64,000 bases of DNA from an uncultured delta proteobacterium (GTDB lineage Bacteria > Desulfobacterota > Binatia > UBA9968): assembly GCA_963745035.1 (NCBI GenBank), contig CAVUVW010000011.1, positions 160,001 through 224,000 on the forward strand, written 5' to 3'. The notes beneath the pieces are model-generated. The model ran no database searches, was not told where the DNA came from, and saw only the letters and a list, made by a program, of their open reading frames with translations. The position numbers and the translations under genes are program-made. Of the stretch, positions 32,166-42,489 are shown in pieces (the stretch's first letter is position 1; each line of letters starts with the position of its first letter).

Positions 32166-34094
32166 CTATCGTCCAGCTAGCTTGCCCCGATACTGCATTA
32201 GAAGCGCAAGGCCAAAGAGTCCCAGGCCGATCGCATCCTGTGTCAGTCCTGGGTAGGCCAGAATCAAGCCCGCCCCGATCAGCAGACCTCGCTCCAGCGG
32301 ATTCGTTTTGGCGAGCAACCAACCGGTAAGCCCTGCAGCCAGGGCGCTAAGTCCCACCAGCGCGGTAAGCGCAGTCCAGAGGATATTGCCCCAAGCACCT
32401 TTGAGCAGTAGCCCGATGCCGTCGGGGTGAAGCGTGAACATGAGCGGCACCAGAAATGCCGGCGCCGTATACTTCCACGCCATCATCGTCGTCTTGTACG
32501 CGCTGCCGCCGGTGATCGCGGCGGCGGCAAACGGCGCCAGCGCGGTCGGCGGCGAGACTTCCGAGAGCACGGCATAATAAAAAATAAACATGTGCGCGGC
32601 ATATTCCGGGATGCCGAGCTTGATCATGGCTGGCGCCGTAATCACAGCCGCGATGATGTAGGACGCGGTCACCGGCACCGCCAGGCCGAGGACCCACAAC
32701 GCCAAGGCTGTGTAGAGAACCGTGAGAAAAAGGTTGTTGCCCGCCAAGGTCAGAATGATCAGGGAAAATTTTAGACCGAGGCCGGTGAGAGTTACCACGC
32801 CGACGATGATGCCCGCCGTGGCGCAGGTGGAAGCGACGGACAGCACGTCGGTCGAGCCTTTCTCGAACGTGCGCCACAAGCGCGGCGGCGTCAATGCGGT
32901 ATCACGCCTGAGGAAACTCAGCGCCACGGCGAGCACGATCGCATAGGCGACGGATAGGATCGCCGTGTAGCCCCACATCATAAAGGCCACGATCGCGACC
33001 AGAGAAACGAAATGATAACCGTACTTGCGCGTCAGACTCCAGGCGGTTTCGCCTTCGATGCTTATCGGTTGGGCGCCGAATTTGCGCGCGTCGAGCTCCA
33101 CCATCATGAAAATCGACCAGTAGTAGAGTAGGGTCGGGATCGCCGCCATGGCGAGCACTTCGAGATAGGAAATCCTCAGAAACTCGGCGATGAGGAAAGC
33201 CGCGGCGCCGAGCACCGGCGGCGAAATAATCGCGCCGATGCCGCCGGCAGAGAGAAGGCCGCCAGCCGATTCCCTATCGTAGCCGGCTTTGGACAAAAGC
33301 GGCCACGATACAGAGGTGAGAGTAACCGTTGTCGCTACACCGGAGCCCGACGGACCGCCAAGTAGAAATGAGGCAAGCGTCACGGTGCGTCCGGCGGCGG
33401 CCGGCTTGCCGCCCGTGGCGGCCAGTGAAAAGTTGACGTAAAACTCACCGGCCTTGGAGAATTCCAGGACTGCCCCATAGATCGTAAATAGGATGATAAA
33501 AGTCGCGGCCACGTCGAGCGGCACGCCGAAAATGCCTTCGAGCGTGATGTACATGTGACCCACCAAACGGTCGAGAGCGTATCCCTGATGTGTCCAGGGC
33601 GGCGGCAAATAGGGACCGAGCCAGGCGTAGGCAAGGAATGCGATGGCGACGGCGGGAAGGATCCAGCCGGTCGTGCGGCGCGTTGTTTCGAGGACCAGTA
33701 TAATGGTCAGACCGCCAAAAACCTGATCCTCTGACGTCGGCAGCGCCGCTCGATAAATGAATTCCTCGAAATCCCACAGCGGATAGGCGACGGCGGCGAT
33801 ACTGGCAACAATTAGAAGCCAGTCGTACCACGGCACGCCGTTTTGCCGGGACCGGCGTCGGGCCGGATAGACCAGGAAAGTGAGAACCAGGGCGAACCCA
33901 AGAAATACCAGCCGCAGCACCTGCGCGGTGACCGTCGCCCAGGCCCAGTAAAGAAACAACAGCGACATGGCGACGGCCAGCAGCGCGGCGAGTTTGGCGA
34001 CCATGCCCCCGAGTTGGCGGCGGGGTCCTTCTTCTTGCTCGATGAACTGCTGGGCGGCCTCGAGGCGAGACTGGTCGACGACCTCTTCAGCCAT
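32166..34094 (-). CDS. TRAP transporter fused 4TM/12TM permease
   Basis: LETTRRTTG, EGIFGVP, SGSGVA, PPVLGAAAFLIAE, HMFIFYYAVLSEVSPP. Confidence 0.93.
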   Translation of the reverse strand: MAEEVVDQSRLEAAQQFIEQEEGPRRQLGGMVAKLAALLAVAMSLLFLYWAWATVTAQVLRLVFLGFALVLTFLVYPARRRSRQNGVPWYDWLLIVASIAAVAYPLWDFEEFIYRAALPTSEDQVFGGLTIILVLETTRRTTGWILPAVAIAFLAYAWLGPYLPPPWTHQGYALDRLVGHMYITLEGIFGVPLDVAATFIILFTIYGAVLEFSKAGEFYVNFSLAATGGKPAAAGRTVTLASFLLGGPSGSGVATTVTLTSVSWPLLSKAGYDRESAGGLLSAGGIGAIISPPVLGAAAFLIAEFLRISYLEVLAMAAIPTLLYYWSIFMMVELDARKFGAQPISIEGETAWSLTRKYGYHFVSLVAIVAFMMWGYTAILSVAYAIVLAVALSFLRRDTALTPPRLWRTFEKGSTDVLSVASTCATAGIIVGVVTLTGLGLKFSLIILTLAGNNLFLTVLYTALALWVLGLAVPVTASYIIAAVITAPAMIKLGIPEYAAHMFIFYYAVLSEVSPPTALAPFAAAAITGGSAYKTTMMAWKYTAPAFLVPLMFTLHPDGIGLLLKGAWGNILWTALTALVGLSALAAGLTGWLLAKTNPLERGLLIGAGLILAYPGLTQDAIGLGLFGLALLMQYRGKLAGR

Positions 34095-34596
34095 TTTGGG
34101 GATCTTTACAGTGAGTGATCGTCAAGTGCAGCGTACTGTCTGGCGGCATGACGAGTTCGAGGGAGTTTTGCTCCTGGTCGAAAAACAGGGACAGTGATGC
34201 AGCGGCGCTCGTACGCAAGCTGAGCGACGAAGTCGCCGCAGGCCGAGGTCGCACAACCCACATATTGTTTTTGTGGTTGGCATCTTCATAGCCATAGAAT
34301 TCCGCCAACCGACGCTCTGCATAACGTAGCTCGGTGAGATGAAAGGCATCAGGTGCCAAATGAAAAAGCTCCTCCACCCGACTGCCGTAGATCGAATGCT
34401 GAAAGCTCAAACGCACTTCACTGCCGGAGCTGACCCGTATCGTGCGCCAGGGTAATCCATTCTTCTGGACCTGTATGCAGAGCGATGCCGCGCTCGCGCC
34501 AGCGGGAGGTATGGCTGCAAGCGCGGCAAGCAACAAAAAGAGCTGCGCGGGCAACCAGCGCTTTTCGCAGACGAGATTGACTTTGATGCCAATCAT
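34087..34596 (-). CDS. DUF1850-like protein
   Basis: LSFQHSIYGSRVEELF motif, located between TAXI and permease genes. Confidence 0.7.
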   Translation of the reverse strand: MIGIKVNLVCEKRWLPAQLFLLLAALAAIPPAGASAASLCIQVQKNGLPWRTIRVSSGSEVRLSFQHSIYGSRVEELFHLAPDAFHLTELRYAERRLAEFYGYEDANHKNNMWVVRPRPAATSSLSLRTSAAASLSLFFDQEQNSLELVMPPDSTLHLTITHCKDPQNG

Positions 34597-35585
34597 TTCG
34601 GTGCCGGCACCTTCACTCCTTTTTCCTTGAAGTAACGAAGCGCGCCCGGATGGAAAGGCAGAGGCGATCCGATTACGGCGTTTTTCAGGCTGATTTCGCT
34701 CGCGGCTTTGTGCACGGCGACCAGATCGGCGGTGTGCTCAAGAGTGAGCTTGGTAATTTGATAAGCGAGGTTTTCATCCATCTTTTCGTTGGCGATCAAC
34801 AAATTAGTCGCTCCCGCGACAGGCACAACTTCATCGACACCTTTGTACGTACCTTTGGGCACGTTGGCGACAAAATAGAGCGGTCCGTACTTCCCGACCA
34901 TCTTCGGAACCGCGTCGCCGTGGGGAATCATCGACATCTTGATCCCCGGCGTTGCGGCAAGATCGAGCACCGCGCCGGTCGGTAAGCCGCCGTCCCAAAA
35001 AAATGCGTCGATCTTGCGATCCTTGAGCGCGCCGGCAGATTCGCTCGCGCCAAGGCGTTCCTGGCTCGTAAAATCCTTCGGCCCCAGACCGTAAGCTTCC
35101 AAGACCCGCAGCGCCTTGATCTCAGTTCCTGAGCCGGGCGCTCCGGTGGAAACCCGTTTGCCTTTGAGATCGGCGACGGATTTGATGCCCGCGCCGTCGA
35201 TGGCGACGATGTGCATGAAGTTGGAATAAAGCGACAGCAAGGTGCGTATATTGGCTTTTTCCTTAAAGCCCTTGAGTTGTCCATTGAAACCTTCCAAAGC
35301 GGTGTCAGGCAGGCAGAACGCCAGGCCCACCCGGTTGCCGTGCAAGAGCTTTACATTGTCCACGGACGCGGTGGTTACCTCGGCCGTCGCTTCGGTATTG
35401 GGAATGTGCTTCGAGATCAGCGCCGCAAGACCGCCGCCGAGCGGGTAATACACCCCGCCGGTGCCGCCGGTGGCGATCGAAATCCGGGTTTTGACCTGCG
35501 CGGTTGCCCACTCCTGAGTTGCCAGAAGCGCGATGATGATTGTGCCGGCGATCAGCAGTGCGGGATTTTTTACGGCGAATTGCAT
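34593..35585 (-). CDS. TAXI family TRAP solute-binding protein
   Basis: ISIATGGTGGVYYPLGG, ASVDN, DLKGKRVSTGAPGSGT, PFHPGALRY. Confidence 0.95.
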   Translation of the reverse strand: MQFAVKNPALLIAGTIIIALLATQEWATAQVKTRISIATGGTGGVYYPLGGGLAALISKHIPNTEATAEVTTASVDNVKLLHGNRVGLAFCLPDTALEGFNGQLKGFKEKANIRTLLSLYSNFMHIVAIDGAGIKSVADLKGKRVSTGAPGSGTEIKALRVLEAYGLGPKDFTSQERLGASESAGALKDRKIDAFFWDGGLPTGAVLDLAATPGIKMSMIPHGDAVPKMVGKYGPLYFVANVPKGTYKGVDEVVPVAGATNLLIANEKMDENLAYQITKLTLEHTADLVAVHKAASEISLKNAVIGSPLPFHPGALRYFKEKGVKVPAPK

Positions 35586-35696
35586 GGATACTCCTTGTGC
35601 ACTTACTTTTTTGCTGCCCACTAATGAAGACGTTCGGATCGATGATTTATTCGGTCCGGGAAGCTCAGGCAACTTCTGGACCGCAAATTCGTGGTC

Positions 35697-36674
35697 TCAC
35701 GATATGACCCTGCGCATGGGAATCGTGTAGTAGGGTACGAAACCCTGCCCGCCGTCGACTTCCAAGTTTTCTTCGAAGCCTTCAGGTGTTGGTGTGAGGA
35801 TTTTGCGAGCGCGTTTCCACTGATTGGCATGTCCGGGCGCGAGATCGGCAAATTCGAGAGCTTGCGCGGAACGGGCGATAGCGTATTCGCGCACGATGCC
35901 GCCGTCGGTGAAGGCGTGTGCGGTTATATTTCCCGAAGACGGCTCCGAGCCGACGATGACCAAAGCTTTGTGAACATCTTTGCGGCCGTCGGCAAGCGGG
36001 TAAGACGCGTCCATCCGCAATGCGATGAAACGACCGCCCGCCTCGAAGGAGCCGATCACTTCCTTGTGAAACGCGTACTCGGTCATCGCGTAACGGCCCT
36101 CGCCGCGGAAATGACCGAGCAGGAATCGCAACGGCTTCAAATGAGCGCTGGGTTTGCCGTGATCGTGCACCGGATCGTGGAGATAGTCCTCGGCGTCCCC
36201 GGGATCGATCAACAGAGAACCGGCACGGACCGCCGCTTTGACAAAGCCGAGCACCGCGCGCCAATCGTCCTCAGTGGTCACGTGCGCGAACATCTCGCTG
36301 CGCGCGCCGATGCGAAGAGAAACGATCGGGGCTTGCTTGCATGGTCCCTGGCAGCCGGTTTTAGAGATTGGTAAGCCGACTTCGCGGCTCAGACGATCAA
36401 TCGCCGCGTCCGAAGTGTCGAAACCAATTTTGCTGCAACACGGTTGCGCGGCACAAACATACAAACGGTTTTGGCCGTCGAAATATTTTTCTTTGGCGGC
36501 GCCGAGCGCATCGTCCAACTCATGTGCCGACGGCGACAAACGGCGAAGATTCAGGAAATGGCGAAACTGAGCGAGAGCCGGCTCCGTCCAAGAACCTTCT
36601 ACTTTGACGAGGAAGCCGGAGGCGTGAAAGTTTATTTCCGTCTGTCTTTCAGCGGATGTGCGCGCGCGAGTCAT
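35697..36674 (-). CDS. Thioredoxin-like (2Fe-2S) ferredoxin fused to nitrobindin/FABP-like beta-barrel
   Basis: VCAAQPCC...TGCQGPCKQAP, then HLKPLRFLLGHFRGEG barrel start. Confidence 0.65.
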   Translation of the reverse strand: MTRARTSAERQTEINFHASGFLVKVEGSWTEPALAQFRHFLNLRRLSPSAHELDDALGAAKEKYFDGQNRLYVCAAQPCCSKIGFDTSDAAIDRLSREVGLPISKTGCQGPCKQAPIVSLRIGARSEMFAHVTTEDDWRAVLGFVKAAVRAGSLLIDPGDAEDYLHDPVHDHGKPSAHLKPLRFLLGHFRGEGRYAMTEYAFHKEVIGSFEAGGRFIALRMDASYPLADGRKDVHKALVIVGSEPSSGNITAHAFTDGGIVREYAIARSAQALEFADLAPGHANQWKRARKILTPTPEGFEENLEVDGGQGFVPYYTIPMRRVIS

Positions 36675-36747
36675 CGGAATCCTCCTCCATGGCGCGCAAC
36701 TTACTGCGGGCGGATTCCTGCGTCAAGGAATCGACGTTGTGTGAAAT

Positions 36748-36775
36748 GTAGGGGCGACCGGCCGGTCGCCCCTAC
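36748..36775. repeat. GTAG-family REP palindrome
   Basis: Perfect 28-bp palindrome gtaggggcgaccggccggtcgcccctac. Confidence 0.8.
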
Positions 36776-36786
36776 GTAGCGACGAA

Positions 36787-38153
36787 TTACCGCGGCCAGA
36801 GTTTCTGCCACCACTTTTCGCCGCCGTCGTTAGTCGCGGTCCGAAGATTCATTTGCGCGCGGATGCCGGCGAGGTCCCAGCCGGTGAGCTCGGCCAATTG
36901 GCGCGCTTCGTTCTCCCGGCGCCGCAAGACTTCGCGGCGGTAGTCGTCGGTCGCGGGACAGGATGCCTCTTCGCCCTGCCATGGATGACGCAGCACGTAG
37001 CGCGCCTGAAAGTTATTGCGGTCCGCGGTTTCCTGGAGCACGAGGTCTTCGGGAAAGCGCTGCGCGTCGTAGCGCACGTGCATGCGCGTCACGAAAACAT
37101 TGCGGGCGTCGCCGACCGGCGGTGCAGGACGGCGGCCCTGACCGGGAACGAACACGGGTCCGTCGTTCTTGAGCCAAAAAACACCCAGACTGCGCAATTC
37201 CTCCACGGATAACGGGTCGGCGGCGCACGGATCGCACCAGTTCATGTCCCACGCGTACTCGGTAAAGACGGCGCGCATGTCGGCTTTTTTGACCTGCTGA
37301 TCGAACATATCACGGTAGAAGTCTTTGAAGCGTGTCTTGATGTAGACGGGTAGATCCATATCCAGTGGGCAATTTGATCGATCGATAATTGGTCGGCTCA
37401 ACGCGGCCCTTTTGCGTCAACGTGTAGATGAAAAGCTCCTGATAGCCATCGGCGTTTAATGTCCCGAGGCGCAGCGGCAGCATGAACTTCGGCGATTCGA
37501 AGGCCACCTGGATCGGACGCAGATAGCTGAAGCCGAGCTTGGACTGCTCCTGGAGATTCACCTTGGCGACGAAGAAGTGCATTTTTTGCTTGATGTAGCT
37601 GCCGAGAACTTCCGACGCGCCGCGCGGCAGGCGATAGCCGTTCTCCTTGAGCCAGGTTTCGAGTCCCTGTCCCTGCTTCGCCGAGAGAATGACGATGTCG
37701 TACTCGCCCACCGTGTATTGCGCTTGAACCGTGACGCCGAGGGCTTCGGCACGGCGGCCCGCTGACGGCGGAAGACGGCATCGCTGCATCGCGGCTCATG
37801 CGCCGCTCCAGGAGCGCGAGCTGGCACGGGCTGCCGTCGAAGTATTCGACCAAGCGCGGCGAGGTGTAGGCGTCGAGATGATCGATGACTTTCTTGTCGC
37901 CGACGTTGATCTGGCCCTTTTCGATGAGCGTCGGCACCGGGATGACGACGGCGAATTCCTTCGGATCGCCTTTGAAGTCGTTCACCATGGTGATGACAGT
38001 CTTGTCGTCGTGGCGGGCGAGCACGACTTGCGACGCCTTGTTGAAAATCTTCGTATCGGCCTTGGCGACGTAAAAGCCGCAGAAGCTGTGCGCTGAATCC
38101 GGTTTAGCCAACAGGCCGAGGGACAGGGCGAAGAACCAGGCGACTCTCTTCAT
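36787..38153 (-). CDS. DUF2330 domain protein (two frameshifts)
   Basis: Signal + FCGFYVAKAD, FAVVIPVP, VGEYDIVILSA, WLKENGY, FFVAKV, TEYAWD, NFQARYVLRHPW across three ORFs. Confidence 0.85.
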
Positions 38154-38961
38154 CGGGAATGTCTCCTTTGTTTCCAGTGTTGGGATTGCTCCATTTGTAT
38201 TTCGTTCCGGGCAGCCAGTAATCGATGAATGGAGTCAGCAGCGAGCAGAGCGCCAGCGACCAAAGCAGGCCGTTGGTGCGGTAGAGGACAAACTGCACGT
38301 AGGCGGCGCCGGCGGCGACGAGTACGGCAAACAAGATTCTGCCGGCGCGCGCATCGGGCGTCGTCTTGGGATCGGAAATCATGAAGAAAGTGAAGAGTAA
38401 GAGCGCGCCGCTCTGCAATTGCTTCAGCGGAATCGCCAGCGGATCACCGAGCCAGTAGGCTCGGCCGAAGAGGATCGCGGCGTAGGAAAGAATGAATGCG
38501 CAGCTCACATCGCTGCGCAGCGCGCGATGCACGACCATGCCGCCCAGGCACGCCATCAGAAAGCCAAATTGAAGCTTGCTGCCCCACTGCGCCGGCGAAA
38601 CCCACACGTCGCCGCTGAGCGCAATCATCGCGACGATGCCGAAGTTGGTGGGATTGAAGATGTGTTTGTGATTCCACTTGATCACAAACTTGCTGGCGAT
38701 CGTCACCACGGCTGTCGCGATCAGCAGCGGCACGCTGTTGCTGCGCAGCAAAAGACAAAGAGATATTCCCGAGATCAGCGCGCTGCGCGGATCGAAGGGC
38801 GTCGCGGCGATGAATCTATTGCAAAGGAATTGTGTGGTCAGGACCGAGCCGAGCAGGATCGCGATCTCGGCCATGTCGGTGTCGAAGCTCAGCCAGCCGA
38901 CGCCGTAGACTAAGAGAGAAGCCAGAACTGCGATCTGGTAGTAGCGCGGGTCGCGCGGCAC
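38104..38961 (-). CDS. Stand-alone RnfD/NqrB-like membrane protein; start uncertain
   Basis: RDPRYYQI, SALISGISLCLLLR, SKF...KHIFNPTNFG, FFMISDPKTTP. Confidence 0.82.
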   Translation of the reverse strand: MPRDPRYYQIAVLASLLVYGVGWLSFDTDMAEIAILLGSVLTTQFLCNRFIAATPFDPRSALISGISLCLLLRSNSVPLLIATAVVTIASKFVIKWNHKHIFNPTNFGIVAMIALSGDVWVSPAQWGSKLQFGFLMACLGGMVVHRALRSDVSCAFILSYAAILFGRAYWLGDPLAIPLKQLQSGALLLFTFFMISDPKTTPDARAGRILFAVLVAAGAAYVQFVLYRTNGLLWSLALCSLLTPFIDYWLPGTKYKWSNPNTGNKGDIPDEESRLVLRPVPRPVG

Positions 38962-39172
38962 AAAACGTGACGGGAGGAGCGAAGAAAGTTCTTGTGGGCA
39001 TCGGCGACCTCCGCCTGAACGATGATTCTTTACTGGCTGGATTAGACGGAGCAGCTTGAAAAAAGGTTCGTTGAGGCATCTTGGACGAGTGCATGCACGC
39101 TTGTCAGAAGTTTCTAGATCCTTGCCAACCTCCTGAGGAAGGCGGCGCTGTGATTCCACTGCAGGTTAAGAG

Positions 39173-39200
39173 AGATCTCTCACGTCCGTTCGAGATGACA
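39173..39200 (-). repeat. REP-like half element (GTCAT family)
   Basis: agatctctcacgtccgttcgagatgaca resembles the right arm of 56358-56415. Confidence 0.5.
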
Positions 39201-39373
39201 GGCTGTGCTTGTTGTCACTGGGCACGTTCCGACGAGAAAACTAAGTGTGAGTGCCGCCACAGGAAGCGAAATCGCTCGTCTTGACGAGACGGCAAGATCT
39301 TAAGTAGAGTGATCCAAACTGTAAACTTCATTAACTACTAACGGGGCATCGATAGCAGGAAAGGAGGACGGCC

Positions 39374-40486
39374 ATGTTTGTATGTTTGTCACCCGGAGGT
39401 CAGTCGCTCACTCAAGGTGAGACGGCAAAGGATAAGTTGCTCGTCGGTACCGTCGACGGTATCTTCGCGTTTCAAAAACAAGGCGGCTCGTGGCAGGGGG
39501 ACGGAACCATGGTTCCGGGCAAGCACTTCAGCTCGATCATCTTCGAGCCCACGACGAAGACGCTTTTCGGCGGGACTTACAGTTGTGAGATCTACGCCAG
39601 CTCGGATCTGGGAAAAACTTGGGAGCGGCGCGATAACGGCATCGGCGACAAGGAGATTTATTCTCTAGCGACGCAGATGGTCGATGGCAAGCCGCGCGTG
39701 TATGCGGGCACCCAGCCGGCGCATCTGTATTACAGCGACGATCTCGGGAAAAGCTGGACCGAGCTGCCGGGTGTGCGCCAAGTGCCGGGCGTGGAAAAGT
39801 GGACTTTCCCGGGCCCGCCGCATCTCGCGCACGTGAAGAGCATCACGTTTCATCCGAAGGATCCGAACATCATCCACGTGGCAGTGGAAGTCGGCGGCTT
39901 TCTCAAAAGCACCGACGGCGGCAAGACCTGGACGACCATCGATAATATCAATCCCGACGCGCACCGGGTGCTGATTCCGACCAACGATCCGAGCAAGCTC
40001 TACGGCACCGCGCCGACGACCAACTGCGGTCCGGAAACGGCGGCAGGCTTTTGCGTCAGCAGCGACGGCGGCGCGAGCTGGAAGAGCATGACGCCGAGAG
40101 ATTTTCGCATCGGCTACGTCGATCCGTTCTTCGTCCATCCCGGCGATCCGAACTTGCTGTTTGTCGCCGGCGCCAAGACCGGACCCGGCACCTGGAGAAA
40201 ACTGCACACTGCCGACGCGCGCATCGCGCGCAGCCGCGACGGCGGCAAGACCTGGGACATCTTAACGGGCGGGTTGCCGGATCACATCCGCGCCAACATC
40301 GAAGGCATGGCGATGGACGTGTGGAACGGCGGCTACGCGATCTTCGCCGGAACGACCGACGGCGATGTTTTCTACAGCGAGGATGAAGGCAATCACTGGC
40401 AGACGATCATCAAGGGCATCGGCCCGGTGTCCAAGTCGCACCACCACGTTAATCTGTCCTTGGACGAACAAGCCGCGCATCACTGA
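39374..40486 (+). CDS. BNR/Asp-box repeat beta-propeller protein
   Basis: Repeated SxDxGxTW boxes; RBS aggagg. Confidence 0.9.
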   Translation: MFVCLSPGGQSLTQGETAKDKLLVGTVDGIFAFQKQGGSWQGDGTMVPGKHFSSIIFEPTTKTLFGGTYSCEIYASSDLGKTWERRDNGIGDKEIYSLATQMVDGKPRVYAGTQPAHLYYSDDLGKSWTELPGVRQVPGVEKWTFPGPPHLAHVKSITFHPKDPNIIHVAVEVGGFLKSTDGGKTWTTIDNINPDAHRVLIPTNDPSKLYGTAPTTNCGPETAAGFCVSSDGGASWKSMTPRDFRIGYVDPFFVHPGDPNLLFVAGAKTGPGTWRKLHTADARIARSRDGGKTWDILTGGLPDHIRANIEGMAMDVWNGGYAIFAGTTDGDVFYSEDEGNHWQTIIKGIGPVSKSHHHVNLSLDEQAAHH

Positions 40487-40516
40487 CAATTCGGCAATTC
40501 GGTTATCGGAGTAACA

Positions 40517-40551
40517 AAAGGGGCATGGTACACCATGCCCCTTTGTGTTTT
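40517..40551 (+). terminator. Rho-independent terminator
   Basis: aaaggggcatggt-ac-accatgccccttt followed by a T-rich tail. Confidence 0.8.
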
Positions 40552-40594
40552 ACTAGGCCTGTCCGATGTCACGATCGCGAAGGGAAGCAATCCA

Positions 40595-40933
40595 ATGAAA
40601 ACTTTCTTGTCGGCGCTCGTATTGTTCGTTTTAATTGGAGCCAGCTATCGCACAGCAGAGGCGCAGCCATATGGGCCTTACTACAATGGCCCGTATGGGG
40701 ACCTCCAGTACCAACATTATCTACAGTGGCAACAGTACTTGGCGTATTTGCAACAAGTTGATCCGTATTATGAACTGCATGTGATGCACTACCAGCTCTA
40801 TCGCCAGCCATTCCAGCCATATCTCCTCTATCCGCCATGCTGCTACGCACGGAGTATCGTTCCACAGCATCGAGGATTTCACGTGCGGCGCCCGCCCGTT
40901 ACTCCGATCCCACGATCGACCAAAAGGCGGTGA
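40595..40933 (+). CDS. Small secreted Tyr/Gln/Pro-rich protein
   Basis: Signal peptide MKTFLSALVLFVLIG...AEA, then a low-complexity Y/Q-rich body. Confidence 0.6.
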   Translation: MKTFLSALVLFVLIGASYRTAEAQPYGPYYNGPYGDLQYQHYLQWQQYLAYLQQVDPYYELHVMHYQLYRQPFQPYLLYPPCCYARSIVPQHRGFHVRRPPVTPIPRSTKRR

Positions 40934-41046
40934 TGTTTTTTACAGCGACAGGACGCTGTGCGCCACGTTACGGAAGATCAACTAGGAGAAAAGCGAGAGG
41001 AGCATGAACGTAGCAATAGAAGCCAGGAATGAAGTTCACCGTTCGG

Positions 41047-42174
41047 CTAATCACCGGTAAGATAGGCGTCTCGGTAGTCCTCTTGGCGCGCCAAGGACTG
41101 GCGCGCTGATTCAGCTTCTTCGCGCGCGTCGAAGGGTCCGACGCGTACGCGATAATAAGTTTGTCCTTTCACCTCGGCCTGGGCCACGTAGCCGTTATAG
41201 CCCTGGGCGATTAACCGCTGCGCCAATTTGTCCGCAACATCTTTCGCCGGCGCGGCGGAAATCTGCACCGACCATTTTTTGCCAAAACTGCCGCTTGCCT
41301 GACCGCCCGCCGGGGTCGTCTTCGCCCGAAGCATTCGAACGTCCATCTCATCAACGCTTGTAGCCTTAGTCGCGGCCAATCTCACAGTATCGTTCAGGCC
41401 CGAGGCATTGGCAGGAATATTCGGGGCCGCAAGTATTGGATCGACGTTTTGTTTTCCGGGCGTGCGAGCCGCGTCGCGCGAAGGGGCATTTTGCGGTTTT
41501 GAACCGGCTTTTATCTGACGCGAAACCGGAGACTGCACGATCGAAGTTCGTTGCGACGGTTGTTCGGCCATCGGATTAGCCGGATTTGACTCATTGCCGG
41601 CAGGTCTAAAATAAAAAAGCATCGTTGCGGCTGCAACTAACGCCACCGCCAATGCAGAGCGCCGCGTGCGGTCAAAGTGAAATCGGCGAACTTTGGGGCG
41701 CTTTTCGCCAAGAAAGCGAAATTCGTGAGGATCGAAGTCGCTTTCTGATTCCCGAACAACCTGAACTTCCTCCAACGTGATCGGATCGGCTGCCGGGGCC
41801 CTTTTCCGTAGATCGGCTAGGGTTTGCAGCACCGGGCGGAATCTTGCGATCAGTTCGGACGCCTTGGCCTTGCGTAGTTCCACTGCGCAGGGCTCAAAGG
41901 TAAAACCGGTCGGCCGCAAGTGCTGCGCGTGAAAGTCGGATCCGCTTTCGAGGCGTAACAAGACTTCCTGGATATTTGCCGACTCGCCGATAAAAAGCTG
42001 GCAATTAAAGTTGAAAAGCCCGTATACGCCGGAAGTTGCCGGCGCGCAGGCGAGGATCGCCTCTCTGGTGAAACTATCGCATCGACCGTCCGGCTGCCAA
42101 GACAGAGTCCAGCTTTCCAGCTCTTTGTCGGTAGCAGGGAGCGAATCAAAATCGGGGACCTGAATGGTTTTCAT
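41047..42174 (-). CDS. Membrane-anchored SPOR-domain protein with GIY-YIG-like N-terminal domain
   Basis: APATSGVYGLF...FIGESANI N-terminus; one TM segment; C-terminal WSVQISA...YYRVRVGPF SPOR. Confidence 0.8.
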   Translation of the reverse strand: MKTIQVPDFDSLPATDKELESWTLSWQPDGRCDSFTREAILACAPATSGVYGLFNFNCQLFIGESANIQEVLLRLESGSDFHAQHLRPTGFTFEPCAVELRKAKASELIARFRPVLQTLADLRKRAPAADPITLEEVQVVRESESDFDPHEFRFLGEKRPKVRRFHFDRTRRSALAVALVAAATMLFYFRPAGNESNPANPMAEQPSQRTSIVQSPVSRQIKAGSKPQNAPSRDAARTPGKQNVDPILAAPNIPANASGLNDTVRLAATKATSVDEMDVRMLRAKTTPAGGQASGSFGKKWSVQISAAPAKDVADKLAQRLIAQGYNGYVAQAEVKGQTYYRVRVGPFDAREEAESARQSLARQEDYRDAYLTGD

Positions 42175-42489
42175 AATGGTTATTGAACAGTATGTTAGTG
42201 CACAGATAAAATAACGATTCGAGTTAGTTTAAGCTATTTCGAAAAGCGTGTCACGAAATAGTCGGTCTGCCCATCACTCGGGCGCCTGCCCAACCAGTGT
42301 CCCCGTCAAAGCCCTTTCCCAATCCTTCCTTGACGCCCGCCGATTACCTGGCGTAAAAGACAGCAGACCGCTGGTAAGTGGTTATTGCGCCAATACCGCT
42401 CCGTTCCCTCCTCGCGCAGCCGGCGGCAATTCTTTCCACTTTTTTTCGCCCCTATGGCTGCAAGTACAAAAAAGGGACACAAAAACACT

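Noticed and set aside
38104-38961. Functional Rnf or Na+-NQR complex
   Set aside because: Only one subunit-like gene is present, so no gene symbol was assigned.
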